Shown: positions 13,046 to 26,890, counted from the stretch's first letter. The stretch is 64,000 nt of DNA from Octopus sinensis (GCF_006345805.1 NC_043003.1:51770001-51834000), one strand, 5' to 3'. The notes: generated from the letters alone by a model not told the origin. Translations and numbers: made by a program.

Positions 13046-14084
13046 AAGAGTGGACAATTATAAGATTGATATAGTCATGCACATGTGGCTTCATGTAGTC
13101 CTGTGATTGAAACCAGTAAAAGAATATTGCACTGAAATACAACTCTCCTCATATGCAAAGTAGAACCTTCTTTCATTATAATTTTATGTCAAAATTGTTC
13201 AAGTTATAATGTTCCAAACATTAGCTTAATAAGTGTTTCAAATTTTGGCACAAGGCTATCAATTTTAGTAGAAAGGAATCAGATGCTAAACTGGTACACA
13301 TTTTATCGACCCTGAAAAGATGAAAGGCAAGTTGACCCCCGTGAAATTTTGAACTCCGATGTAAAGAACTGGAAGAAATGCCATTCAGCATTTTCTCTCA
13401 GTGTGCTAATGATTCTGTCAGCTCCCTGCCTTCAGTTTTAGGTGGCAAATTGGCAGAAGCATTAGTGGCAGACAAAACGTCTTATGCTATTTATTTCAGC
13501 TCTTTCAATTTGAATTCAATTCCTGCAAAGGTCAGAGGTAGCATTTATCTTTTAGGGGTTGATAAGTAAAGAACCAATAAAGTATCAAGCAGGATGCAAT
13601 GCATTGTGGGATTTGTTCCAGCTCTTTTTGTGTTCTGAATTCAAATCTTCCTGCAGCAAGAGTGGTAGACTTAATGACCCTCCACCCTTAACATTGCAAG
13701 ACTCTTTAGCAAAGTTCACTCTTATTAAAAATATTCTAGCTAGGTCTACAGTTTGAAGACATGTTCCTTCTTCACCACCAACCATCTTAGAGGCTCTGGA
13801 AAGGTCACTGTCCTTTCCACTTGATTAAGCAATAAACAAGCATTTTCTACTATAGCCCTGGGCTGACCACAGATTTGTGAGGGAATCTGATGGACAAAAA
13901 CTGTGTGGAAACCTACAGTGTATATATGTGCACATCTGTGTGGGTGTGTTGCTTTAGTTATGGCCCATAACTTAGCAGTTTAGCAATAGAAACCATTAGA
14001 ATAAGTATCACACTCAAAAACATAAGCACTGGGGTTTAAAAGATATGAACATTGTATTTTCTTTTTAATATATATGTCATGTAA

Positions 14085-14280
14085 TTAGAACCCATGTTGG
14101 TGGCACGTAAAAAAGTTACATTCTTGGAGTGGTTGGCATTATGAAGAGCATCCAGCCATAGAAAGCACGAGAAATCAGACTGGAACTTGGTGTAGCTGTC
14201 CGGCTTACCAGTTACAGTCAAACTGTCTAACCCATGCCAGCATGGAAAGCAGATGCTAAATGATGATGATGATGATGATT
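14085..14280 (+). mobile_element. Family C element
   Basis: gtggttggcattatgaagagcatccagcc...atgccagcatggaaagc...(gat)n. Other copies lie at ~31020-31220 (+), ~36640 and ~38450 (+), ~38850 (-), ~48615-48800 (-), ~50970 (-) and ~59290-59500 (-). Confidence 0.8.
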
Positions 14281-15529
14281 ATATGATTACAAAAGAATTA
14301 ATGCAGGTGATTTGGGGCATGTTGGTAACATGACACCAGTGGTGGTGTTAGGGACAGTAAGCAAATCATACATTTCTTGTATCTCTCTCTTAGCCCCTAC
14401 AGATCTTTTACATTGAATGTTTGTGTATCACATTTCTTGTGCATACCTTATGCAGTCTCTTTTTTTTCAAAACAAGGGAACACAAACCTCCTGTGGATCT
14501 ACAGATCTACACAACTCCCTGAAATTCTTAAAACCCCATTATTAGTCCTTCATTGATTACACCATCACAACTAGAACCACCTGCAGTAATAATTGGTAAA
14601 ATAAACTACGAGATTACAAGTGGTAAATTGTTTGAGTAATTCCCAGACTTTATTTAATGGATGCATCTCTTTTGCTATGGACTCCTTCAGCTGATGAGAA
14701 AATATAATGGACTAACAAGAGTGCCTTTGTCTGCTTCTTTTACATTCCAGAAATCTAAGAACAGAAGACAAATCTATTTCAGATCCTATGTTTCTTAAAA
14801 AGGTTCCACTGGATAAAATAGCTCTAGACATAGACAATGTAGATAATGTTTGGTGTGAAGAAGGAGAAGGAAGAAGTCAAGTCACAGCTGGACTACTTTT
14901 TATGATAGGTCATATTATTATATTTGAAGCCTTGGACCTTTACTTTTATTCATTTATTTATTTTTCATTAATTTTTCACTCATCACTCATCAGTTCTGAG
15001 AGCCCCAAATGTTAAACAAGGAAAGTTACAGCTATGCTGATGGACTTACAAGACAATTATAAAACATCAGCAGATCATCATTATATCTTGTCACTGGCGC
15101 CTTGCTGTGTCTATGGGAAAAAAACCACAGAATTCTTGTGGTTTTAACCTAAAGTCCTATATACAACAGGATTGAATCATTCACTACTGTAAGCAGCAGC
15201 AGCACTGTAAATTTGATGTGTGTTCCATTAGCTTGCAGTACCAGCTACAACTCCCTCTGTGCATATGTTTCTCCCCACCACTCAGACAAGAGGGGGGGGG
15301 GCCGGGCAAGGGCAATGGGCTTGCAATCCACTCCTGAGAAACAAACAGATGCTATACAGGAACCAAGACCTTGGATGTGTGATAGTGGAATAACAGGGGA
15401 GAAGGGAGCAATGGTAGTTCCAGTCCCAAGTTATAAGGTGTGTGTGTGTGTGTTTGGGGGAAGGGTACTGCAGGGAGAACAGAGTGTATGTTCTTTTGAA
15501 ATGAATAAAGACTGTGGGAATGGTAAGAT

Positions 15530-15950
15530 GTAGAGGTGGTGATGATGGTTAGTAACGGTGGCAGAGAGGTAGTGGTGTTGGTGGTGGTCGTAAGTGATAG
15601 CAGGAGCAGTGTTAATAATGGTGGTGGTGGTGGTAGCGGTGGTGATGGTGATATTAGTGATAGCAGGTAGTGGTGGTGATGATGGAAATGGTGGTAGTAA
15701 TGATAAGGTTAGTAGAAGTGGTGGTGGTGGTGGTGGTGCTGATGGTGTAATGATAGTAGTGTTAATGGAGTGGTGTTTGTATAACAATGTTTCTAGTGTA
15801 ACAATGGTGATATTGATAATGCTATTTATGAAGATTACAGTTGTGATGTTGGTAGTGGTGGTAGCAGTGGTGTTGACAAGAAATGGTGGTAGTGATAGTG
15901 GTAGTGTTGCTGTAATGGAAGTGGTAGTAGTGGTGGTAGTGATAGTCTAA
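15530..15950. repeat. Cryptic GGT/GAT/AGT trinucleotide mosaic
   Basis: Direct observation. Confidence 0.85.
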
Positions 15951-16072
15951 GTAACATCATGTCTGTTACTCTATATCACTGCTGTAAAAGTCTGACAGCA
16001 CTAGGGCAAAGGAAGGTTTTTAAATTAGCTTTACTTTACTGCACACGCACACCCACATATGTACACAGGCAA

Positions 16073-16073
<1 letters not shown>

Positions 16074-16132
<59 letters not shown>

Positions 16133-16598
16133 TAAACATACATACCAGCACACACACACACATGTAGACATGGCGTACACTTACAGATGTATAAACATAC
16201 ATACCGGCACACAAACACACACGTACAGACATGACATACACTGACACACAGATGTATAAATATACATACTAATGCGCATGCACACACACACACATACAGA
16301 TACACAGATACATATGTACACAAGCAAGGCATACAACCATACAAATGTATAACCATACACACACACACACTGAAAGACAAATAATCAGAACCACAAATTT
16401 AAAGGCATAAACACATGCATACATAAAGTCACATTTACATAGATTTAAACATACATTATACACACATGTACGTGCACATGTGCATATGTGAATACTTTTG
16501 CTTTAATGTGTGTGCATTTGTGTACTTGTATAGTTTTATACGTGTGTTCGTGTGCATGTGTACATATTTACACACATTCATGCACTATATAATATAAT

Positions 16599-16630
<32 letters not shown>

Positions 16631-16770
16631 ACTATACATAAAATGTTTCTAAGTATATAAAATGTATGTAATGTGTGCAAATACACACACACACACACAC
16701 ATACATACACACAGAGAAAATAACACAATTTCATACATAAACACAAATATACATACATATATACACCACA
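16074..16770. repeat. (CA)n microsatellite followed by a ~600-bp cryptic CA/TA-rich tract
   Basis: Pure (CA)n at 16074-16128, degenerate afterwards. Confidence 0.9.
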
Positions 16771-17472
16771 CTTGAAAGTCAGTCAGTCTGCTCCAAAAAA
16801 GAAAAAAAAAGAACCCCCCAGTTAGTTTTATAGACTTTCTCTACATATAACACACTGCTTGATGCCACCCAAGATGTGAAGCAGGGGGGGATAGAGTAGG
16901 GGGTGAGGGTAAAGATGGTGGGTAGAAGGAAGGAGGGGAAAGAGAGTGAAGAGGGAAGCAATATGTTAAGGAAAAAAATGAAATAAAAAAGAGAAGGGAA
17001 GAGAAAAATACTCAAAAAATAAAAAGAAAAGAAAGGAAAAAGCAAGAAGCAACTCACAAAAGAAACTTCTAAAGAGATGGGTGAAGATAAACAATATTTA
17101 TTTTTTTCATGCATATACACCTACACACTTACAGACACTGATATACATACACAATCCAATCTCTGAACTGCTTTTGTAGAAAAGAAAGGAGGCTGAGTGT
17201 AGTGAGAAGGAAGAGAACACACATCTATCACATCTCATCATCCATCTTTCAACACACATACACACACATATATACACTTGTAACCACATACACACACATT
17301 CAAAACCACACATAGATAAACAATCATTTCCTTAAGCCAATATACACTCCTTAGCCACTACCACCAACACCATAAACTCCCATTACTTTCACCATAAGTC
17401 TTGCTACCACAACCACACACACACACACACACACACAGAGCCCACCTACACAAATATAATCAATTTACCCAA

Positions 17473-18150
17473 TGATCTGGGTGCTATCACAGAACAATCA
17501 GGAGATTGGGGGCCATGAAATAAGAGCAGACTAAGGGCAGCAAGATCAGTCTTAAAGTCACTCAATACAATCTGGAAAGAGAGACAGAAACTAATAAGAA
17601 AAATATCAAATTAAAGATCCTGCAGACACTAGTTTGGCCTGTTGCACTGAATGAATGTGAAAGCTGAACCCTAAGGGCAAATGACTTTGCCAAACCCAAA
17701 TCCTTTGAAACAATGTGCTTCTGACTTTGCCAAACCAAAATCATTTGAAACAATGTGCTTCTGCAGCTGGACTCATTGATCAAATGAGATAGTAATTGAG
17801 GGAATGGGAGTTGAAAGAGAATTTTTGACAACTGTCAGGAAGAAAAAGCTACAGTATTTGGGCATGTCACAGCAGTCTCAGAACCTCAGTACCCACATCC
17901 TAGAGAGAGTCAATAGGAAACAGGAGAGACTGGGCAGATGCTGGCTGGATATCATAAAAGGATGGACTAGAAGATGTCTGGATGAATTCACATTCATGGT
18001 CAGAGGTGTTCGTGGAATCAATGTCATGAGAGATGACACATGTCCATGCTGCCTGATTCTCAGCAATGAGGATGGGAATAGGCAAGGCAAGGCCAAGGTG
18101 AAATGAGAGACTCAGTCAAGGCAAGGCCAAAGTGAAATGAGAGACTAATA
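17473..18150 (+). mobile_element. Decayed RTE/BovB-like LINE 3' fragment
   Basis: Interrupted peptide YLGA...KLKILQTLVWPVALNECES...FETMCF...VRKKKLQYLG...RCWLDIIKGWT, with a (CAAGG)n tail. Confidence 0.8.
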
Positions 18151-20430
18151 GAATATACTGAACTGCATTGTGAGATATATTTTAATACAGTGTGGTGGTA
18201 TGAGTAGATTACACAGAGCAGTATGGCTACAGTAGCCATAGTATAATGGTAGCTATATACATATATACACAGCTACATATCTTTGTATGTTTAACTATGA
18301 AGTCAAGAACTCAAATTCTGTGACCATCAAGGCACAAGTATGACTGTGATGAAGATAAAGACGTTCACCTTGCAGTCACATGGTTTCAGGTTCAGTTCAA
18401 CATGCAGCACTTTCTTTATCAACTTCAGCTATGACATTGAGGTCATTTGCATACATAAGTTTGCATAACAGTCAGTATGAAACTGATATGGCCTGGGAAA
18501 CTATAAACAGGAGAGAGGTTGAGAATCAAGCTCTGATGGACACCTACTTGTATGATAAATTCCTTACTAAATTCAATTTTCTATGAAGTTAATTCTTAGA
18601 TTCTTGAAATTATCCCTTCTAGTTGCTGTCAGATTTTTGCTTTCTTTCTCCAACTAAAATGCAAAATTCAATTCATTTTTCAATTCACTTATTATAAATG
18701 TACATCATTCAGTACATCACCACCTACCCAAAAATGAAAATACTATTAGTAAATGTACTTCAATTAATTCACTGAAGATGGTACAGGAGATGACTTCTAG
18801 GTGATACTGGTGTTAGTGTAGAGAACAACAATCTGAATGTCATGTCTGTTGTTTTAGCTCCAGATTAATACTGATCCAGAAGAACTGTATTCCATCTCAG
18901 ATCACTCAGTCTCTTTTTCTTAGATATAGTATGTGTCCTACTGTTGTTTTAACCCAAAGCTAAACTTTAGCCATTTGTTTTCACACATAGTGTATCTTGG
19001 GACTACAATATCGAGTCTGTTCTTCTTTTGAAAGACAGTAGAGTGATTTAAGAAGATCTATTTGATCTCATTGTTGCTTAGCATAAGGTCAGCCACCACT
19101 ATATAGACCAATAATCAAAGACCTTCTAGTTAAGAGAGCACAACATACTTCACATACTTCAAAGTCATTCTTTTAACCTTTTAGTATTTAAATTTCTGTC
19201 AAATGTAATGCTTATGTATTCATATTCTTTTGAATTAATCATGCATTTTATCTCAGAGCCTCAAGATCTTAAAGATTCTGGCCTGTTTCAACATAAAGCA
19301 AGGTAGAATATTTATCTGGGTTGGATATGGCTGGTTTAAATATTAAAGGGTTACATACAGTACAGTGTGTATTTGAGGTATTTTCTTTGCTGTTACTTTC
19401 AGCAGGTTGAACAACCATGTACAGACTGCTATTTGTGGTTGTTATTATTTAGTCTTACTGACTGAACAGACTTATGATTAAACATTCCAGCTGTGACAAT
19501 CCTGTCTTTTTACTTTGTGCAGGAAACCTAGAGCCACATTATCTGATGTGCTCTTTTCTGAGACAGTATGGTGTAATTTGGCTGTTGGGGTACCACCCAT
19601 GCCTTTTACAAGGTCTCCAGGTGGTGGTGGGTGGGTAGTGAGGCAGAAGAGAAAAACCCAAGACTCATGGATTACTGATATTCCAAAATACCCCTAGAAT
19701 GGAGATCTGTCCCACAATAGTCAGATAGATGGTGCTGCCAAACAGAATGACAAACAAAATCACCCATGAACAGGTAGAGGCTGAGAGGCTTCTTCACAGT
19801 TTCCACCAGATTTCGGTTGCCCAAGATGTTTGGTCAAGTTTCTCACACTGAAGGATTGAACATGAATTCTGGAAATATGTGGATGTGAAATGAACTTCTT
19901 AAACACACAACCTTGCTTGCACCTATGTTGATGTTGTTCAGTCCCAAGTCATCCCTAATCCAGATAAATAATGTATCTAGGACTACAATATTTCATGCCC
20001 TTCCTTACTCAAGAAGGAAATATGTGATTTCAGATAAATTTAGGTGCTATTTCTAGCAAGATGAGTGACTGTGTAGGGGCTCACTTGCAGATGTTAACAA
20101 AGTTGTTATTGTTAAGCCATGTCAGCCCTGTATGATTGTATCTATGAATAAAGACATTTAAGCAGTGACCACCCTGTCAGTAAGGAATCAATAACCACAT
20201 TATCCAACATGTCCTATTTTAAGATAGGAGGTTGTAATTTGAGGGCTGTTATTTCTTGGCCTGTCGACAGAATGATGTACAGTAGTAAGGATGGAGCAGT
20301 TATGATTGTGCTGGAGATAAATGTATGTATATTAAGGTAGTGACACCACTTATGATAATAGCAGTGATAATGACTGAGATGTGATGCATAGTATTCAACT
20401 GATAATAGTTGTCTTATAGCTCTGGTTTAG

Positions 20431-20652
20431 CCCTTTTGTTACAAACTTGGCTGAAACCAGCTCTGGCGCTATAGTACAAATGTCTTGTTTTCATGAGTTT
20501 TGAATTAAAATCTTCCACCAAACCTTAGTCCCAATTTATGTTCCTAACACTAGCTTAATTATAACTAAGTTATTTTACTAAATTCTTTGTTATATTTTTA
20601 AATAATTGAAAGAAACACAGAGCATCTCAAAATAAATACAGTAACGAAAGGG
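20431..20652 (+). mobile_element. piggyBac-like MITE, family 1, copy A
   Basis: TIRs cccttt(t/c)gttac...gtaacgaaaggg flanked by ttag/ttaa (TTAA target). Confidence 0.8.
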
Positions 20653-21159
20653 TTAACCTAGGATAAGCCTTGAGAGAGAAGGCTCATAATCAAAAGCATT
20701 CAAGATGTGACCATCCAGTTTTTTCAAGCATAGTTGTACTTCATCCAAGCACTATACGTAATAAGCTCATCATTATTTATATGTGGTTAACCAGTGTGAT
20801 TTGAGGACAATTTGTCTGTTACTTCTAGCATATTGAGCAATCATGTTAGAGAGCTCCACTGTTGGCTTTGGTTCAATAGTGGTAATTGGAATGATGAAAA
20901 CGGCTGTAGCAGCAATGATGCTCTAAGTGGTGGTGGTGGTGATGCTGGTGGTTGTACTGGGTGGTGTAAGGACGACAAGGAAAAGTGGTTCTTGTAGCCC
21001 AACAATTGGTTCAAGTTATTGGAATGTAAACTGATCTTTTTTACAACCCAGGAGGGAGAACGGGAGAAGAAAAATAAAGACAGAAAAGGAAAGCAAATAG
21101 AAAAACTTCCTTTTAGTATCCAGACAAATTGCATCCACCAAGAGTACAAAGACACGCAT

Positions 21160-21202
<43 letters not shown>

Positions 21203-22685
21203 CATCCAATGTGTATGCACATGTGCTTCAGTTTGTGCATGCATGTGTGTGTAGAAATATATATATATATATATATATATATACTTTTATCTGCAAAAAC
21301 ATTCACCATGGTGAGTATGTGAATATGTATATAATTTACTTCAAGTGGTTTGCTATGTAGCATAAGAATCAATTAATTAACCAATAAAATTAAGCTAATT
21401 AACAGCGACAACAACAACAAAATAAAGGGAAAGGCGGGGTGAGGTTTGGTAAAAACAGAACAAGAATATTCTTACTATAATAAACTAAGGTTTGTGGTTG
21501 GCACAACGTGGGTGGTTGGGTGCTGAGAAGGAAGAAATAAAGAATTGTTATCCAAAGAGCAGAAATGGGAGTGGTAGTGTGGAGAAAGAGGTTGGGGCTA
21601 AGTTTCCACTGTGTAGAATTTTTTTCATTTCTCTTTTTTTTATTATTTATTAATACCTAAAAAAGGTACTTTTTCGTTATCAATGGAAGAATAGATAGGG
21701 GGGATTATCAGTAGAGCTTAGAACTAAAAGACCCTGTCTGTTACTTGATTCTTGTTCTTTTTCCTTTTATGATCTGAATTGTAAATCCTCTTCCCAGAAG
21801 ATTAAGGGTATTATGAAAGGCCTGGTTGGAAGCCCAACCTTCTGAGTTCTTTTACAGGGCTTAAAAAAAAAAAACCTGGAAGACTATTGCAATAAGTGTG
21901 TGACTCTGAGAGGAGAATATGTTGAATAAAATTTTAATTAACTGATCCTCCTGTATTTTCTTTTATACAAAGCCAGGAACTCTTCAGCACCCCATCATAA
22001 TGTCCATTGTTGGAATCATATCAGGCTGTTGATCTCCACATCAGATGTCTGTTGATGTAGAGCGTGATTATTTTCTGTTCATGATATTGTGAATTTTGTT
22101 AGTTGAATGCCAACACAAGTAAAAAGTACAAATACAAGATTCAATTTAGCCATATTCCTCCACTAAAAATCTATTACCTTCTACCAATCATCATCACCAT
22201 CGCCAACAAGCCCTTGCATTCTCTCAAAACCATTGCTGCCTACATTGATAAGAATACTTAAAATGTATGACAATCTGTATACATGTTGCTGTATAACATG
22301 TCCAAGCCACAAGTCACCCTCAAATAAGATACATTCATACACTACCACAATATTGAGCCAATGAGGAGACTTTGATGTCATTGCAGATTGACATGCTAGA
22401 AGCAGTAGCCAAATTTCTCTTACTTCACAAACCACTGTCCTAAAAAGACAGTGATATAGTATGAGGGACTAGATTAACTGATGTAGTCCCACATACCCCT
22501 AAAATGATAGGATGGTCATGGTTGGAATGCCTGTAATCATACATCTGCTCAATCAAGACTATCCCAGAGCTACACTATGCCATCAACAAGAGGCATACAA
22601 GAACAAGCTGAAAGTGTAGCATGTCTAAGCTATTACACTGCCCTTCACGTAATAAACTTTCAGTGTGGTCCACAATCGAATAGAA

Positions 22686-22982
22686 CAGAAGTTCTCAAAC
22701 TTTTGGGGCCACCGCCACCTCAGTACCCCCACCCTTATTTTATGTGTGAATAAATATTTTATATTATACTAATTTATATATACTATGAGTCATTTGATAT
22801 TTAATATATCATATAATTTGTATACAATACTATAATAAATTCATAGCGTCCCTAATCCACTGCCTTCCTCCCAATGCTTCCTTTTTCTCTACCACCCCAC
22901 ACTGCCCCCTTAAGCACCAGCACCCACCTGGACTGTCTCAATGCCCACTGGGGTGTGGTAGCACCCATTTTGAGAACCTACA
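22686..22982 (+). mobile_element. hAT/Charlie-like MITE
   Basis: Ends cagaagttctcaaac...tttgagaacctaca resemble CAGTGGTTCTCAA TIRs; degenerate 8-bp TSD gaatagaa / gaattgta. Confidence 0.55.
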
Positions 22983-23500
22983 GAATTGTAAGAATACACT
23001 GTATCTGAACCACTGGATCCATGGATCATACCTAATTATTTGATTCATTACTTATATTTTGGGTAATAAATCCTTGTGTTGTTTGGTTTAATACCATCTG
23101 GTCCCTGGGTTCCTTTAAGAATCTAAGCTGTTGTGAATATTCAAGCAACCATCTATCTCAGTTTGAGGATAACTTTGTCACTTCCTTTCACATGTTCCTG
23201 AGCCTGCTGGGATCTACATCACTCTTCATTTTTCTAGGTCAATGAAATACATACCAGTCAAGTAGTGATCTTGATTTAAATAACAACACCAACAGTCAGA
23301 ACTTTATGGCATTGTATGAAAGTTAGAATCATTAATACCTTTAATCATGCATGGCTCCTACAGCTGAATGCCCTTCCTAAAGTTATTACTGTGCTTTTTT
23401 CATGGTATCAACCAACATTAGACAGGTCGCCGTGTAGTTTGCAAGACTAAAATCCCCATTGACTGGAGACAGGTTTATGCTAGGTGGTGACAAGGTGTAA

Positions 23501-23721
23501 CCCTTTTGTTACTGTATTTATTTTGAGATGTTCTGTGTTTCTTTCAATTACTTTAAATATAACAAAGAATTTAGTAAAATAACTTAGTTATCATTAAGGT
23601 AATGTTAGGAATATAAATTGGGACTAAGGTTTGGTGGAAGATTTTAATTCAAAACTTATGAAAAACAAGACATTTATACTCAGGGCCAAAGCCGGTTTCA
23701 GCCAGGTTGGTAACGAAAGGG
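23501..23721 (-). mobile_element. piggyBac-like MITE, family 1, copy B (inverted relative to A)
   Basis: Same TIRs with gtaa/ttaa flanks; about 90% identical by eye to the reverse complement of copy A. Confidence 0.8.
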
Positions 23722-24250
23722 TTAAGTAGGAAAGGAGAGTTTGGAACAGGTTTCTTGCTATACAGAAGCTACATGGCTACAAAAGAATGGAAACAATTGC
23801 TTTATAGTGTTTGATATTTTTCTTAAGCACAAAGTCACTTGACATTTTCAGTTCAAATCCTATTCAATTTGAATTTCTTTCTTTATTTCATTTGCTTCTT
23901 ACTTAAGGTGAGTACCAGTAATGGACCACAGTAAAATGAATCAATTATATGCTTTCTTAACAAATCCTCATAATTATCATCATTGTCATCCTGATAGAGA
24001 GATGATGGAGTAGGCTTTCTGTATCTACATTACTTGATGCTATACCTCATGTCATTGCTTATGATGCTATCAGTACTATACAAGACAAGCTGCTGGACAC
24101 ACCTTTCCAAATCTGCTATCTGAAAAATGCACTTCAGTGTCCCCACCACCCAAAAGGGATACCAACCTCTTTAGTTACTAATCTATACAATTCTCAGAAT
24201 GAGGGTCAGAGAATAACATGTTTTGCCAAGTTTCCTCCCACACAGATGCT

Positions 24251-24470
24251 TAACTCCTTAACATTTAAACTGGCCGTATCCAGCCAAAATATCCTGTGCC
24301 TTTTATGTTCAAACTGACCGGATCCAACATCTCACACCTACCCTAAGAATAAACAATTACATTATTGGAATCTTGAAGTCATGAGATAATGCATGATTAA
24401 GTCAAAACAATGTGAATAAATAAGCACTGCATTTGACAGAGTAATTTGAATGCTTAAGGATAAGGATTAA
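24251..24470 (+). mobile_element. piggyBac-like MITE, family 2
   Basis: ttaactccttaacatttaaactggcc...gaatgcttaaggataa; same internal sequence as the 47664-48018 copy. Confidence 0.6.
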
Positions 24471-25104
24471 ATCAACTAGTTCTAAGAGGACATTGTGAGT
24501 GAAGGGACATTGAGACCAAGTAGACTTATAGCTTTTTGAAAGCCAGCAGGATCCACATGTAGATAATCCACAGTAACCTGTTGTAAGGGTAAATCTCCAA
24601 TTAAGGAGAGAGAGAGGCAGAGACAGAGTAAACATCAACTCTAGCAGTGAAGACAGAGAAGCTAAAATAAAACTTGTCTTTCTCCAGACTCTATGATGAA
24701 CCATTAAAATCACATTGTACACTCACCTTGGACTAAAGTCTGCTCCACTCCACATAAGAGAGTTTGATTTTACTACTATGCCCCCACTACCATCTTTATC
24801 CAGAGGCCGAGAGGAAGAGCAGGTTAACCCTACATTACCAAGTCCTTTGTCCTCTCACACCAGGCCAGATTAAGTCCATCCCAATCTACATCAGTGTGCG
24901 AGCTTAGTTCTTGCAATTCCTCTCCCACCACCATTGCTGCTGCCGCCGTCACGAAGTTGGAGGGATTGGTGGTGCAGCTTCATTCCATATCACTAGGTTC
25001 TACTTGTAAGAGCTCTTGTTAAAGAACCAGTCCTCACATCAACAACTAAATCTCAGTAAAGGGCTATCAATAACATTGTTTTCTCTGCTCAAGAATTTGT
25101 ATTG

Positions 25105-25712
25105 TGGTGTGTATGTGCGTACATGTGTGTATCTGTGTGCATGTATGTGCATATATATATATGTGTGTTGTTTATATGTGTCTCTGTGTTTATTCATGGA
25201 GGTATATGTACATTTTCTGCAAGTTTATATGTACTTGTGTATGTAATGGGTGTGTGTATGCATATGCACTTATGTATGTGTTTGAATGTTTACTTGAGGT
25301 TAATGTAAGCATATGCGGTTGTGTATGTGGTTATGTGCATGAACGTGGATGTTTATATATATATATATGTATGTTTATGCATGAGGTTTTGTAAGAATGC
25401 ATTAGTACTTCTATACTTACACATATGTTTACATATGTATATGTTTTCATGTGTTCACATGTGTGCATGTGATCGTGTGTGTGTGTGTGTGCCTGTGTTT
25501 CGTTTATGTGTTTGAGCTTTATGGTGTAGATTTGCTTTCTAAACTATCAACTGAAACAGGGAAAGGAGGTGTATGTCTAGTACCGGGTGTGTATAACAGA
25601 AATGAGGGAATGGGTGAGGTGTATGTGTATGTGTGTGTGCGTGCGTGTGATCATCTGAGCAAAGGAGAGTGTGTGTTTATGAGGTCATGTATGTGTGTGT
25701 GTGTGTGTGTAC
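25105..25712. repeat. Cryptic TG/TA-rich tract
   Basis: Direct observation. Confidence 0.85.
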
Positions 25713-25799
25713 ATTATATAAGTAAATAACCATAGGTGAGGGTAGCACTAAATGTACCACCATCATCATTGTCATTGCCATCATCATCATCATCATCGT

Positions 25800-26890
25800 C
25801 ATCATCACCATCTCTTTTCCACGCGTGTATGGATTTGACAATGTGTAAATACATGCACACACACACACACGAGGTATATGGAGGATAACAGCTGAGTAAA
25901 AGAATTGCCAGGATAGCCAAATGGAAAGGAAACTGTGAAAGGGGTAAGACAAGAGTAGAGGTGGCTAAAAGCTGACCTTAGGACGTTGAACTTCATTCGG
26001 GATTGTACTCTTCTAATGGAACGAAGAGACAGACACACAATGTGTGTCTGTGGGGGTTGCAAGTGGATACAAACACAAGTGTCTGCGTTGGCTTGAAAGT
26101 AGAAAAGATCCACATACATCCATGCACTCGTACATACATATTTTTTATTTAGGTAAACTTAGGACCGTCTTAGCAAGTATTATATAGCCTCCAGAGCTGG
26201 CAGAAACGTTAGCAACGCCGGGCGAAATGCGTTGCCGTATTTCGTCTGCCGTTACGTTCCGAGTTCAAATTCCGCCGAGGTCGACTTTGCCTCTCATCCT
26301 TCCGGGATCGATAAATTAAGTACCAGTTACGCACTGGGGTCGATGTAATCGACTTAATCCGTTTGTCTGTCCTTGTTTGTCTCCGCTGTGTTTAGCCCCT
26401 TGTGGGTAGTAAAGAATTATATATATAGCCTCCACCGGCTGAGTGTGTGTGTATGTGTAAGCGCGCGCAATGTCAGTGCATTGGACCCTATAGTGTGAAT
26501 ACATTGACAGCAAGCCATAGCATAAATAGATCGGAATTAGGCCCGTATGCCCGTAGGACTGCGCGGACCCCGGACAACTGCGCAGTGTGTACCATGTGTT
26601 AAAACGGCATTGGGTAAATTTGACTGAGGGAGATGTTTGTGCGCGCGCGAGAGAGAGAGAGACAAAGGAGGAAGAAGGGTGTGAGTGTGTATGACTAAGG
26701 AAGGCCTATGGACAAACCCCTGTTCAGATGAGAATACGTTACATACATACATACGAACATCCATACGCACATGCATACATACATACTAAATTACCATTCT
26801 AGTTAGTTGAAGACTGTTTCTCCACTTCACCTCCCCGCCTCACTCTTTCACACACGATCCTATTTTAATTCAACTTCCCTGTCCAAAATT

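Noticed and set aside
26194-26290. tRNA genes
   Set aside because: The A/B boxes belong to SINE heads that continue into family-specific bodies; no complete cloverleaf.
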